Assembly (NCBI RefSeq): GCF_036365525.1 | Contig: NC_090375.1 | Location: 199,383,864-199,447,863 of the forward strand | Direction of reading: 5' to 3' | From: Heterodontus francisci | Lineage: Eukaryota | Length of the DNA: 64,000 nucleotides | Part shown: positions 25,106-39,600 of the stretch, piece after piece | Layout: every line of letters starts with the position of its first letter | Numbering within the stretch: the first letter of the stretch is position 1 | Made by a program: the position numbers and the translations under genes | The notes under the pieces: generated by a model | Databases searched by the model: none | What the model saw: the letters and a program-made list of their open reading frames with translations, nothing else | Told to the model about the DNA's origin: nothing

Positions 25106-28100
25106 TATTACAACTGAAGCGGGAGCAATGTACTGTCAATTCAGTCCTATCAATCCGCAGGTCGCAGCATATTATTAAATTTTTCCCACCCAACTGGAAA
25201 ACAGCCAAATTAAACACTCTAGTAACCCCCAGAATAAAACAGACCAAACCAAGTATTTTTAGATAACGCATTAACTATTAATTCAAAGTAAATGTTAAAC
25301 ACAATTAAGATAAACCTTTGTCTAAAGACCTTATAGTTTCTTATTTTAACCTATCTCCCCCATTCACACACATACACTCAAAAATCACGGTTAACCAGTT
25401 TCTTTTTGAAAAAAATATGTTTTTAAAGATTAGCGGTTTCCTAAGAATAAATAAATAACTGGGTTGTTAGTCTTTGTGGGTTACGTTCCTGATTGATGAG
25501 GTATCCAAGTGTAAAAATAATCATATGCCACTCAAAGTCTCCATGCGCATTCGATGAATCAGTCTTTTAGTAGGCTGTAGCAGGCATCACGCAGTTCTTT
25601 CAATGATGAGCACAACAATAGGTCTACTTGAATTGTAAAACCGACAGACTCTCAGTCAAAACTTTACTACGAATTCTAGCAAACACAATCAGTCGAGAGA
25701 GTCAATCTTGGAGCAAAGACTCTTAGATTGGAAGTAAGGATAAGGAATTTTACTACCTCCAGCAATACAACTGGTCTCTTCAAAGGATTTTTTTCCTGCT
25801 GAAGCAATTAACTTGGCCTTGTAGCTCCTTGTAGAATTTCGGCTGAGAAATAGACAACTCTTTTCTTTAGTCGCTGGTGTTTCTCAAAACTGGTTCCAGC
25901 CATGTGCCTCAGAAATCCAAAAGCTTCTCTGTATTAAAGGTTACACTGTTTTTAACAGAATCTTCAAGGCACACTGTTTTAACCCGAGGAGAAAAAAAAA
26001 TACAGTTCCATGACACCTCCACCCTTGGCGAAATGAAACACCATTCTTAAAATGCATTTCATTACAATGCAAGAAAAATATAGAATCTGGAAAAAACACT
26101 GAATTTTTTTCACATTCACGCACCCATCCACTCGACTGATAATTTACAGTATTTTCGTTGTACCATCATTATCCATATAACTTAACATCTGACAAAGCTT
26201 CGGCAATAACATTGTTTTCCCTGAAATATGTAGAATTTTCAAATGATAAGGCTGTAACAACAGGCTCCAACTAAATATTCCAGCGTTTCGGTTTGTAAAT
26301 TTTTCCACAAATGTTAATGGGTTATAGTCAGTGTATATTAATATGTCTTTATAGTCTTGGCGGACATATACCTTGAAATGTTTGCGAGCCAGCAAAAGTC
26401 CTAATGTTTGCTTTTCCACAGTAGAATACTTTTTTGATGACAATTTAATTTTCTTGAAAAGTACCCTACTGGCTTCTCTATGCCCGATTCATCATCTTAC
26501 AATAGGACTGCGCCAATCCCCAGGTCGCTAGCATTAATCCATATTTTAAAGGGTTTAGCAACATTTTGAGCAACCAAAACTAGTTCATTCGTGAAGATTG
26601 CCTTTAGCTTTTCAAAAGCTGTCTGACCATACTGCTTTGTTTTTCTTTCTTTGTAGAAAATCGGTCGCTAGAGCAACCACAGTACTAAAATTCCGTACAA
26701 ATTTCCTGTAAACAACACACATCCCTAAAAACCTCATTATTTCCGATTTAGATTTAGGGATAGGGAACTCTACTTAAGGCTTGTACCTTCAGTGCTTTTG
26801 GCAATACTTGGCGTTGTCCCACTATGTGTCTGAGGTAAGTTACTCTTGCTTTCCAAATTCGTTTTTTCCCATATTTATCACTAAGTCCACTGCTTGTAAC
26901 TTTTTAAACAGAATTTTCAGCTGGTTTAAGTGTTCTTGCCAAGTGTTACTGTATATTAGTACATCATCGAGATACACTACACAGTTGGGAACACTAGCTA
27001 CCATTTGATTCATTAATCTTTGAAAAGTGAATGGGGCATTTTTTTTTGCCTTATTGACATCACCCGGCACTGCTAAAGACCATCAGGTGTTAAAAAAAAC
27101 TGATATCTCTTTGGCTCACTGGGACTTGCCAGAATCCCTTTAACAAGTTGATCTTGGTGAGAAACCTAGCACTGCCCACTCTGTCGATACAGTCTTCTAA
27201 ATGCGGAATTGAGTAAGAGTCTACCTTCATTACCGCATTGACTTTTCTGTCGTCTACACAAAATCGGGTTGACCCATCAGGTTTAGGTACTAGAACTATT
27301 GGTGAACTCCAGCTGCTTTGACTAGGTTCAATCAAGTTGTTTTCCAGCGTGCATTGGATCTCTGCTTTTAATTGGGCCTGTCTGTCTGGACCTAAGTGGC
27401 AAGGATGTTGTGTTAAAGGAATGGTTTTCCCTATATCCACATCATGTGTGGCTCAGATTGTACATCCTGGTTTATCCCTACAGACTATTTTAAATGTTTT
27501 GAAAAGCCTGGTTAGGTCTTCACATTGTTTCGCGTCTAAGTGTAAAAGCATGTTGGCCAATTTTCCTAGCCATTCTGTATTCGCTAATCTGATAGTTGGA
27601 GGTTCAATCTGAGAATTGTTTAGGCCTTAGTCTGCCTCATCCTCACTATCCTTTTCCTTCTCAACAGTCCTGATTACCGGACATACCTGTACTGGCTTAT
27701 CCTCCTCCCTGTGATAATTTGCTTGAACATACTGATGTGATACAACCGGTTCTTTTTCCAGAAATCAGGGGTGTCAATCAAGTAATCTACCTTACCCACG
27801 CTTTTTATCACTCTATATGGGCCACTGAACAGTGCTTTTAATGGTTCTCCCTGTAATGGTAACAACACCAATACTTTATCCCCTGGTTGAAAATTGCGGG
27901 TCTTTTGAATTCTTGTCTGCCCATTTCTTCCTATTGGCTTGGGATGCTTTAAAGGTGTTCTGGAGCCACGCTGCAAGCTTTTGTGAGCCTTTACCTGAAC
28001 ACAGATACATAGTCCGGTACCGAAGATTCATTATTTTGTTCCAAGAATCTGTCTTTTATGAGTTTTAGAGGACCTCTTACTTCATGTATGTAAACCAGCT

Positions 28101-30808
28101 CAAAAGGACTGAAGCCTGTAGACTCATTTAGTGAGTGTCTGGTGGCAAATAAAAAAAAAGCTGGTCCTTTATCCCAGTCATGCGGCCATTCATGACATTA
28201 TGTTCTAATCATTGTTTTGAGAGTTTGATGGTATCTTTCTAAAGCTCCCTGTGATTGTGAGTGATATGCTGACGATGTTAACTGTCTAATGTCCAAATTG
28301 CCCCTGACATCTTGAAATATCTTAGACATGAAATTAGAACCTTGATCGGATTGAACTTCAAGTGACAACCCATATCTCATAAAGAACTGGGTTAACTTTT
28401 CTACTACTATTTTAGCAGTAATTGTCCTCAAAGGAATGGCCTCTGGAAATTGAGTAGCCATATCCATGATAGTAAGTATATATTGATATACCGCTTTTGT
28501 TTATGGCAAGGGTCCTACAAAGTCTACCATTACCTTATTAAATGGTTCCTCAATCATTGGTATGGGAACTAATGGTGCCAGTTTTATGGTAGGTTGCGAT
28601 TTTCCCACCATTTGGCATATATGGCATGTCTTACAAAATTGTCTCACATCCTTTGTAAGACATGCCCAGTCATAATGTTGGTTTATACGTGATCTGATCT
28701 TCTGAATTCCCCTATGTTCTGCAAAAGGACATGTGCTAACCTTAATAATCCTGATCGATATTTAGGTGGCACCACTATCTGTTCAAGAACTGTCCAGTCT
28801 TCATCCACAGGTCAAGAAGGCAGTCTCCATTTCCTCCTATAAACCATATAGTAGCCTTCTAGAGCTTCTTCCGCCTTAGCATCTGACAGTGCCAACTGTG
28901 TCATTCGGTATAACTCTGGATCTGCTTGCTGTGCTGCAATTATAGAAGATCTGTTAAACAGCTCATTTGGATTATCTAAATCCCCAAATAAGGTTTCAAA
29001 TGCTCGGCTATCTGTTTGTGGTGCCACTTTTATCTCCGACAATGGATGCAGTTTAGCCATTGTTCGGGAAACCACACGCGCATGAAATATTCCAGGAACT
29101 TGTTCCTGTGATTGTTCTGTTTCCCTAACTTCACTTGATTCCTCTTTAATTAGAGGAGAAACTGATACTTTTGATCTGACCAAATCATTTCCTAGGAGTA
29201 GACCAATTCCCTCGACTGGTAAACTGTGGACAGCTCCTACAGTTACGATCCCAGATATTAATTCAGTCTCTAGGCATACTTTATATAAAGGTACAGGTAC
29301 ATACTCCCCGCCAACTCCATTATCTAAAACTTTAGCATTCAAGGCACTCTATGGTGGAAACGTTATATCTTTCCCCAGTAAGAGTGTTTGGGTTGCTCCT
29401 ATAACCCTATGTGTAATGATAGGTGTTCCTGCCTCACTTAAAGGATATGGAGTTACTTTTCCCTTCTACAAGAATTCATTAGAACTTTTGGATATCTTAT
29501 TCTTAACCTCTGCACATGTTTTATTTTTTTTAAACTGATTTTACAGCTGCCGTTAAAGCAATAGCCTGGTCTGCTATACTCTCAGTCAGAGTCTTTTCCC
29601 TGGCATTAGCTTTGTGTACCCCAACAAGTCCTATGGATTTACCTTACAATTTCCACCATTATGAACGAAGATAACCATTTTGTGGCAATGACAACACTTC
29701 GGCTTGCAAACCTCACTTCTACCCCCAACACCTTCTTTTCTGTCCTGAGGAGGTCATCCTGGGGCATTCCTAGCTGTTCCTTCTTGTCCCCGGCTACTTG
29801 CTTTCCTTTCACTCTCCCACTTTCTATCCTTCTCAGGTTTATGGGGGTGACAGACAGAAGGTTTTGGCTTGTTCACAATCTCAAATTCATCAGCAATTTC
29901 CGCTTCTTGCCTAGCATTCAAAACTTTCAGGTTATCTACATGAGTGCTCATTACTGAAGGAATGGAATTTTTCAATTCCTCCAAGAGAATCATACTTGAA
30001 GGTTCTCGTATGTAGTTGCCATCTTTAATGCCCGTATCCAAAGCTCAACATTAATTTGCTTCATCCTCTCAAATTCTAAATATATCTGCCCAGCCAATCT
30101 CGGTAAGTTCCAAAACTTCTGACAGTAAGCTTCAGGAACTAACTCATATGCAGCGAGAATAGTCTTTTTTGCGATCGCATAATCTGCAGAAGCCTCTTCA
30201 GAAAGCATGGCATAAACTTCTTGAGCTCTGGCTATCAACTTGCTTTGCTTAAGCAGTGTCCAACTTTCCTTTGGTCATTTCATCTATTTGGATATTTTTC
30301 AGAAGATATGAGAAATACCTCTACGTCCTTTTCCTCAAACTTAGGAAGAGCTTGTATAAATATAAATAGCTTTTCGCTGGGTCCTGGGCTGAATTCAGAT
30401 TCTTCGTGACCCGAATTTTCCCTGCAGTCAAAAACACCCTTGGTCTTAGTTCCATCTCTTTTAAAATAAATTCCCCCTCTTTCTCCTTTTCCTCGTTTTC
30501 AAGTTCAAGTTTTCTTAACTCTTTTTCAGTCTCAGGTTTTGTTCTTGCTATTTCCTTTTCTTTTCAAGTTCCATTTTTTTCATTTCTAACTGAATCTTAG
30601 CCAATTCCACTGCATTGCTTTCTGACCTACTATCATCTTCTTCCTCTTCTTCTAATTTTAGATGTTGGGCTATGAGATCAATTATAAATGCTTTTGTGGC
30701 ATCTGATTGCAATTCTAACTCCACCTTTACTGCCAATTCTTTTAGTTTAATCTTAGCTAAAGTTGTCATGTCACTGAGGGATACATTCTCATTTCCCAGA
30801 AAGACTTA
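25106..30808 (-). mobile_element. Gmr1-like gypsy LTR retrotransposon (gag-PR-IN-RT-RH), 3' LTR ~25106-26015, 5' LTR lost
   Basis: Minus-strand order: gag 30769-29754, protease region ~29400-28812, integrase core 28467-28198 (FPEAIPL, QSDQGSNF, SQGALER), RT 27440-26840 (WSSPIVLVPKPDG, YLDD), RNase H 26443-26144; purine tract next to TGTCA at 26015. Confidence 0.92.
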
Positions 30809-31150
30809 AAATATTGCGTGCAATTCTGATCACCACACTACCAGAAGGACGTGGAGGCTTTGGAGAGGGTACAGAAGAGGCTTACCAGAATGTTGCCTGG
30901 TCTGGAGGGTATTAGATATGAGGAGAGGTTGGATAAACTCGGATTGTTTTCAATGGAACGACGAAGGTGGAGGGATAACATAATAGAGGTTTACAAAGTT
31001 ATGAGTGGCATGGACAGAGTGGATAGTCAGAAGCTTTTCCCAGGGTGGAAGAGTCAGTTACTAGTGGACATAGGTTTAAGGTGTGAGGGGCAAAGTTTAG
31101 AGGGGATGGCCTGTTCCTGTGCTGTACTGTTCTATGTTCTTTGTTCTTTG
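30809..31150 (+). mobile_element. CR1 3' fragment
   Basis: ORF 30851-31153 ALERVQKRLTRMLPG; (TTCTTTG)-type tail. Confidence 0.88.
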
Positions 31151-31784
31151 TGAAGATAGATAGATTCCTGTTAGGCAAGGCAATCAAAGTTTAATGGTGG
31201 TAGATCGGAATGTGGAATTTGAAACACAAACAGATCAGCCACGAACTTATTAAATGGCAGATCAGGCTCGAAGGCCCTAACTTGTATGTTTATATCTAAG
31301 TGCCCAGACATGGTGTTAAGAACCCCAAAGCTGACTTAGTGTGGAGTTTGCTGCCCTAGGTAAAGATGGACCTTCTCTGTCGGTGTTGCATTGTGGTTCT
31401 CCTGGCGGCGGGGTTCTAGTATAGAGTTGGTCCTTCCACTGGTTGCTGACCGATACAGATAGGGTGAATGAGTGGACAAAAATCTGTCAATTGCCAGATG
31501 TCATAGACCTGCGGGGAGAGGAGGCATGTTTTACACTGGGAGACTTAGCCAGCTGTGGTCCCATTGGAGCAGTAAATTAGGCATCATGGACAAACATCGC
31601 ATGAAGTAGCATAGGGGGTCCTGAGCTTTATAAATAGAGGCATAGAAAAAACAGTGAAGTTATGCTAATCCTTTATAAATCACTGAATATGCTTCTGTTG
31701 GAGTATTGAGTCCAATTCCGGGCATAACACTTTAGGAAGGATGCCAAGGCCTTGGAGAGGATACAGAGGAGATTTACTACAGAC

Positions 31785-34215
31785 GTTATGACACAGAAAG
31801 AGACCATTCAACCCATCGTGACAGTGCCAGCTGAATAAACTAGCCCCCCAATCTAATCACACCTTCCAGCACCTGGTCCGTATCCTTGCAGTTTACAGCA
31901 CTCTGGTACAGGTCCAGGTGCCTTTTAAATGAGTTGAGGGTTTCTGTCTCCACCACTGATCTAGGCAGTGAATTCCGAACACTCACCACCCTCTGGGTGA
32001 AAAGGTTTTTCATCATGTTCCCTCTAATCCTTTTACCAATCATCTTAAATCTGTGCCCCTGGTAATTGATCTCTTGACTACGGGAAACAGATACTTCCTG
32101 TCTACTTCTAGGCCCCTCATAATTTTATACACCTCGATTAAGTCACCCCTCAGCCTCCTCTGTTCCTATGAAAATAACCCTAGCCTATCTAATCTTTTTT
32201 CATAGCTGCAATTTTCAAGACCTGGCAACATTCTTGTAAATCTCCTCTGTACTTTCTCCAGATAAATTTTGTCCTTCCTGTAATGTGGTGACCAGAACTG
32301 TACGCAACACTCCAGATGTGGCCTAACCAGCATTTTATATAGTTCCAACTTTACATACCTGCTTTTGTGTTCTATACCTTGACCAATAAAGGAAAGCATT
32401 CCATATGCCCTCTTCAACACTTTACCTACCTGCCATGCCACCTTCAGCATCCTGTGGATGTGCACTCCAAGGTCTTTCACTTCTTCTATTCCTCTCAATA
32501 TTCTCCCATTTATTGTGTAATCCCTTGCCTTGTTTGCCCTCACACTTCTTCAGATTGAATTCCATTTGTCACTTTTCACAAAAATACCCATTGGCCATTA
32601 CCCTTAGTTGCCTGGTACTGAGCCAATTTTGGATCCAACTTGCCACATTCTCCTGTAACCCATGGGCTTTTATTTTTATAACCAGTCTGCCATGTGGGAC
32701 CTTGTCAAATGCCTTCCTAAAATCCAGGTAGACCACATCCACTGCACTACCCTCATCAATCCTCCTTGTTACTTCCTCAAAAAATCAATTAAGTTCGTAA
32801 GACTCATCATTCTCTTAAAAGATCCGTGCTGACTATCCCCGATGAATCCACGCCTTTCTAATTGGCAGTTTCTGTATTGCTTCTAATAATTTTCCCGCCA
32901 CCGAGGTCAGACTGACTGGCCTATAATTATTTGGGTTATCCCTCGCACCCTTTTTAAACACTGGTACAAGGTTTGCAGACCTCCAACCCTCTGGTACCTC
33001 GCCTGTATCTAGGGAGGATTTCAAGATGATCCTCAGATCATCTGCTATTTCCTCTCTAGCTTCTTTTAACAACCTGGGATAGAATCCATCCGACCCTGGT
33101 GATTTATCCACTTTCAAGGATGTCAGACCCTCTAGTACCTACTCTCTCATTATGCTTAATGCATCTCATATTTCACACTCCTCCTCTTTCTGCATCATCC
33201 CTCTCCTTTGTGAATACAGAGAAAAAGTGCTCATTAAGAACTCTGCCCACACCTTCTGCATCCACGCATAAGTTCTCTTGTACATCTCTGATAGGCCCTA
33301 CCCTTTCCTTAGTTATCCTCTTGCTCTTAATTTGCTGATAAAACAGCTTTGGGATTTCCTCGATTTTACCTTCTGAATTTCATTTTTTGCTTCACCCCTG
33401 CACTTTCTGCATTTCTCTAGGCTTTCAAAATTATTAAGTTTTTTGTGACTGTGATAAGCTTTTTTTTCCTTCTTTTTCTTACCCTGTATGCTCCTAGATA
33501 ACCAGGGGACTCTAGATTTGGCAGTACCACCCTTTTCCTTTTTGGGGACGTGTCTACACTGTGCCCATAGAATGTTGCTTTTGAATGCCTCCCACTGGCT
33601 TGCCACTGATTTTCCTTGAAGTAGCTTTATCCAGTCCACTATCACCAGATCATCTCTCAGCTTCGTAAAATTTGCCTTCCCCCAATTTAGAACTTTTATT
33701 ACTGTTCTATCTTTTTCCTTTTCCATAATAATTCTACAACTATCTCTGTTATGGTCACTATCTCCAAAATGGTCACCCAATGCAGCTTCATCCATTTGCC
33801 CAGCTTCATTTTCTAAGAACAAATCGAGAATTGCACCTCCTCACATTGTACTTGTTACCTGCTGGCTAAAAAAGTTCTCTTGATTGTAGTTCAAGAATTT
33901 TGTGCCCTCTATGCCTTTGACACTGTTTGTATCCTAGTTGATATTTGGGTGGTTGAAATTCCCAACTATTATTGCCCTGCTGTTTTTACACTCAAAGCTT
34001 TGCCTACATATTTGATCTTCTATCTCCCTTTCACTATGCGAGGTCCATAGTACACTCCTAGTCATGTGGCTGCCCCTTTTTTTTATTTCTGAGCTACCCC
34101 CGTATGATCTCACTTGCTGATTCATTTAACATATCATCCCTCCTCACAGCTGTTATTGATTTTTTAACCAGTAATGCTACACCCCTTCTTTTTATCCGCC
34201 TCTCTGTCCTGCCTG
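31785..34215 (-). mobile_element. Degenerate CR1 LINE
   Basis: Minus-strand ORFs 33934-34125, 33313-33822, 32833-33117, 32166-32543, 31840-32043. Confidence 0.92.
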
Positions 34216-36623
34216 GAACTTGCTAGACTAATATCAGGGATGAGGAATTTCAGTTAGGTGGAGAGATTAGAGTAACTGGAGCTGTTCACTTTAGAGCAGA
34301 CAGGTTCAGAGCAGATTTAATGGAGGTGTTCAAGTTATGAAAGGTCTTGATAGAGTAAATAAGGAGAATTAGTTTCCACTGCCAGGAGAGTCACTAACCA
34401 GAGTACACAGATTAAATTGGATAAGAACTAGAGGGGTGATGAGGAGATTTTCTCTTAATTGGAGTGAGATGATGAGATTGGAGACGCGACCTGAGTGGTG
34501 GTGATCCAATATCAACTTTCAAAAGGAAATGGGACAAATATTTGAAAAGGAAACTTGCGGAGTAATGGGGAAAGAGCAGGGCAGTAGGATTAATTGGATA
34601 GCTTTTTCAAAAGAGCCAGCACAGACATGATGGGCCGAATAGTGATTTTATCACCTGTATATGGCATCACCAGTCCCTATACTCCAAAATGTTGTGGGAA
34701 GCTCATTTACAGGCAAGAATTCACATTAAAAAGGCAGGAACCCCCTTAGCTTGTTCTCTAACACCCCCCCCCCCCCCCCCCCCCCTCCCACACACACACA
34801 CACACCGCCAAGCATGAGGTGAAAGTAGCTGGAGACCTAGGCTCACACCACATGATCTTGACCTATGGATTCATTAGGTACATCGACTACCATTCTCAAA
34901 GCTGACAGCAAGAGACTCCCATTTGTTATGTGGATTATGGAGCACAAATGTCAGAGGTTGATAAAGAATTTGCATTTCTATAGCACCGTTCACCGTCTCA
35001 GAACGTCGCAAAGTGCTTTAAAGCTAATGAAGTACTTTTTGAAGTTTAGATGCTGCTGTAATTAGGAAAAGTGGCTGTTAATTTGCTTGCAGCAAGCTCT
35101 TACAAACATCAATAGATAAATAATCTATTTTAGTGATGTTGGTTGAGGGATAAATATTGGCCAGGATACCGGAGAGAATTTCCCTGCTCTCCTTCAAATA
35201 GTGCCATGGGATCTTTGACATCCACCCGAGAGGACAGACAGGGCCTCAGTTTAAGGTCTTATCTGAAAGACGGCACCTCCGACAGTGCAGCACAGTGAGC
35301 GTCAACTTTGATTAAATGTTCAAGTCTCTGATATGGGTCTTGAACCCACGAAATTTCGAAGCTGCCAATGACCAAACTTTCAGAAACTGAAAATAATCGC
35401 CGAGTTTCTCTGTAATGTTAGAGAGCGGGGTTGAAGAAAATATGAAGGACGGAAAGTGAGAAAAAAAGATAAAAACAGAGAAAGTGTGAAAGGGGGGAAA
35501 TGACAAATAAATACAGTCAGCAAGACAGGACAATAAGAACTCCCGTCATATGAGAGAGCGAAACGATTAAAAGCGAATTGTTGGAGCCAATAATGATTAC
35601 AAAACTGGATTAATTGGAGTGAAAAGACAAGAGCGAGGCAGTAATTTAACTACTTCAATTTTGTATAAAAGGTGGACCGTCTGTAGTTTACAATAGGTTT
35701 AAACCACTGCGGCTCTCTCCTCCTGTATATAAATGGAAAAACACTTAACCATTGTGTAAACAGTGGCGAAGCAATGATCCAGATCATGAATAGATCATGA
35801 ACCAGGAAATGGAACCGCTTTACTCCGACTGCATCCGATTTGCGAGTCATTTCCTGTTTAAGAATCTGGTTTAACAGAGCAAGTGCAACCTAATCTTCAT
35901 TGCTGTACCATGTCGTTCCACTGGTTGGTTATTGTGCTGATACTTTCCTCCAGTAAGTGTGCCAGGAATCAGTTACAATCGTAGAATCATAGCATGGTTG
36001 CAGCACAGATGGAGGCCATTCGGCCTGTCGTGTACGTGCTGGCTCTCTGCAAGAGCAAATCAGCTAATTCTTCTCCCTCGCCCTTTCTCCGTTGCCCTGC
36101 CTTTTTTTTCTCTTCAGGTGTTTATCCCATTCCCTTTTGAAAACCACAATTGAATCTGCCTCTGCCATACACTCAGGCAGTGTATTCCAGATCCAAACCA
36201 CACACTGCATGAAAAAAGGCCTTTCCTCAGGTTATGTTTGGTTCTTTTGCCACTCGCCTTAAGTCAGTGTTCTCTGGTTCTCCACCCTTACACCAATGGG
36301 AACCATTTCACTCTATCTACTCTGATTTCTGCCTATCCTCCAAAACTGTATGACTTTTCGTGTGTTTTATTTGCAGGTGAATGTTTAGCCAAGGCATTGA
36401 TACAGTTTCCAATATCGATCACCAAGCCTAAGACTACAATGGTCAAAATACAATGTGTGACACAGGCACGGAAACCATTTACTGGTACCAGCAGCAACCA
36501 AACCAGGTGTCCAGAAGAATAATCCATTATAGGAACAGAGGAGCGGTGTTGGACCCTGGAATCTCAGTCAAATTCTCAGCTGAGAAGAGTGACTCTTCAT
36601 TCTTTCTTGTAATTGATAACATT

Positions 36624-39600
36624 TGTTATGCCCTTTCCTGGTTTGGCCTTAACAGGGTTTGAATTTTCAAATGCAGTGTTTTAGCTTCACTTCACTGAGT
36701 CCTTACTCACTGCTTTCTAATTGTAATTGTAAATAAACCAATCAGACAAGCTTTCTCAGGTTTGAACAAGAAGGGTGTAAATTATCAACCTTAATACTCT
36801 AACTCAGTTAAAGTTACTCAAATTATGTGATGCAACCACACTAGCATGCACATGCAATAAACACACACACAAACAGATACAGAGGAGGAGAAAGAATTAA
36901 GTGGGTGTGGGGGCGGGTGTGGGGGTGGGTGGGGGGGTTGGAGAAGTAAATTGAATTCAGTTACTGTCTGTGGTTTGGATGTAAAGACCTTGATTGGACT
37001 TAAATATTATAGTTCTCGCTGGGGCCCAGTGCACACTTTCAAGTTTGTTTCACTAGTACCAGAAGGCTGAAGAAGTCCTTTTAAGCTGCTTCCGTGGGTC
37101 CCTGGAAGTTTGTTGGAAAGAGAAAGACAGAGAGAGAGGTGCGCTTTCTTCTTGAAGTTCAATTGCAGTCTGCCCCAAACCTTTCTATGAGGCACAATTC
37201 AATCAATTCCCAGGTTGGCCAGCAGGTTAGTCATGTTACCAGCTGTTTGTTTGAAACAGCATTGCCTGCGAGAGTTGTTGATTCTTCAAAGCTTACTAGA
37301 CACTGAATGGGGGTGAGGGGGGAGGGGGGAGTGCTGGCTCTTAGACAATGGCTCTCAATGTCTTTTGATCATCACTATTGACAAAATCCATCTCATTAAT
37401 TGAATCAGGGAGCACTCCCATTGTTTCTCTATGCAACTGTCTCATAGAATGCAAAATGCAGCCATGTTTTCAGCCGTTCAGCTCTGTGGCCTTTTTAAAC
37501 AATTTATGTTCAATGTACAGTAAAAGTTCTAATCGTGTTCCATATGATGAAATGGATATGTTTCTATTTGGCAGGTGTGGTTTCATCACACGTCCACCTC
37601 TCGCCGAATGAAATACGACATTATGGTGGGGGGGTGGGGGCGGCATTTCATTATAAATTATAAGGAAGAGAATGTACAGGAAAACACAAAGATATTTCTC
37701 TCATTCATTCACATTCATTCAGAAGCCTTAAAATTGTTTCAGCCTGTCTTCCCTTGTACTGCTGCTTTGGACGACCCATTTGTCCTTAAGGTGGATCTGA
37801 GATAGTTATGTGTTGCCCAAGGGGTTTAAAGTTTCTTCACTATCAGTGTGCAATATGTTGGGAATGGGCATCCCAATAAACATGTGATTTTTGGGGAGGT
37901 TTGAAGTTTGCACATTTCCTTCATTTTCTAGGGTGTGTTTGTTCCTGTTGGGGTCGGCAGGGAGATGGTTAGATTTAACTAGCCCGGGTTTGGATTTTTG
38001 ATCATGGAAGGCGGCAGTGGGTGGATCCACTCTGATTTCCCTTTCAGTGCTCTGATGAGTCATGCAAGTGCTTTTCTCTTTAGGGTATTTTTGGTTCCCT
38101 TTTCTCCTGGCTGTGGGGAAGGATTCCTTGCTAATCTCCCCTTTGTTCCCTGGGACATTCCTGCTTGCAGGTATTTGTCCAGATTCCACTGCACTCCCCT
38201 GCGGCCCTTCGACTAGGTGAGGCATCACCATCACAGCTTCTCTGCCTTCTTGAGAACTTTATTTGTTCCTGCAGGTTTCTGTAAATGCTATTAGCAACCT
38301 TGGTAGAGTGCTTTTGATGTCTGTATTTACATAGGAGGATGTGGGCCCTAATTTCTTCCATCATTTCAGGATTGGCTGACCGAACAGTAGGGGTTTTCAT
38401 TTGGGAATCCTCCCTGACCTCCTTTCACCTGTCCTCTTGGTCCCTTTTCCCCTTTCCTCTCTAACCTTTAGCCAGTCCTGAACCTGTCTGTCCCCTTTTA
38501 TTCTCGGCAGGGTTCCCTTACAATTCATCAGCCCTCTGCATTGAGAGTCCTCCAAACGCCAGTATAATACTTAGGGGTGTAGATTTCACTGTATGTTAGG
38601 GTTTACCCTTAACCTGGCACATTTGGCAACTCCTACAGTACTCCACCCCATCTTTGTGGAGTTTTGGCCTGTCAAACTGCTGCCTTATGCTGGCTTTGGT
38701 TTTTCGTATACCGACATGTACAGCCACTGTAATCTTCTGGGCCATTCTTACTATTTCAGTCCGATACCACTGCAGCACCACTAACCAGTGAAGCACTGTC
38801 CACTCTTTGTCCTCAGGTCTGTGAGGAGAACTCCACTGCCTCATCAGTACCTCATTCGTTAAATAGTAGCAATTAGGGCCTCATTATGCTTCAATTTCAG
38901 TCTGGCTAACTCTCTCAATACTGGGTTGGCTTGCTGAGCCTAAGCTAGGGAAGATCCATTTAATCCATTCCCTGGGTCCTTTAACTTTCCAAAGAAAGTT
39001 TCAGACAGACAGACCTCATGGTCATATAATAAAAGCAAAATACTGCAGATGCTGGAAATCTGAAAAAAAACCCAAGAAATGCTGGAAATACTCAGCAGGT
39101 CTGGCAGCATCTGTGGAGAGAGAAGCAGAGTTAATGTTTCAGGTCAGTGACCCTTCATCAGAACTGCATCAGTGTTTTTATTTCAGACCTCATGGTCATC
39201 TGTCTACAGTGCCAATTCAGTCTCCTTTGGGGGAGCTAGTTGGGTCATGGTCCAATTCACTACACAGTCAGGGGAACTGCACAGGACAGTCTCTTGTCAT
39301 TGCCCTGTCTCTCTGACCGCCTTCAGTCTCTCTTCAATACTGGGGTTGCTGCCTTCGCCCCTGCCAGATCATTCTCTAGCTGCAGGTCAACCCCATCCAC
39401 AGGCAAACTCGGAATAATCCCTACAGTCACCAGTCCGGAAACTAGGTCCCTCTCCAAGTGCACCGAGTGTAAAGGTTTGGGTGTACACTGCCCTCCAATA
39501 CTGTTCACTAACACTTCGGTGTTTCCTGCACTCTCTGGGGGAAAGGTCAGACCTTTTCCCAGCAAAAAAGGATCTCGTGGCCCCTGTATCCCTGAGAATT

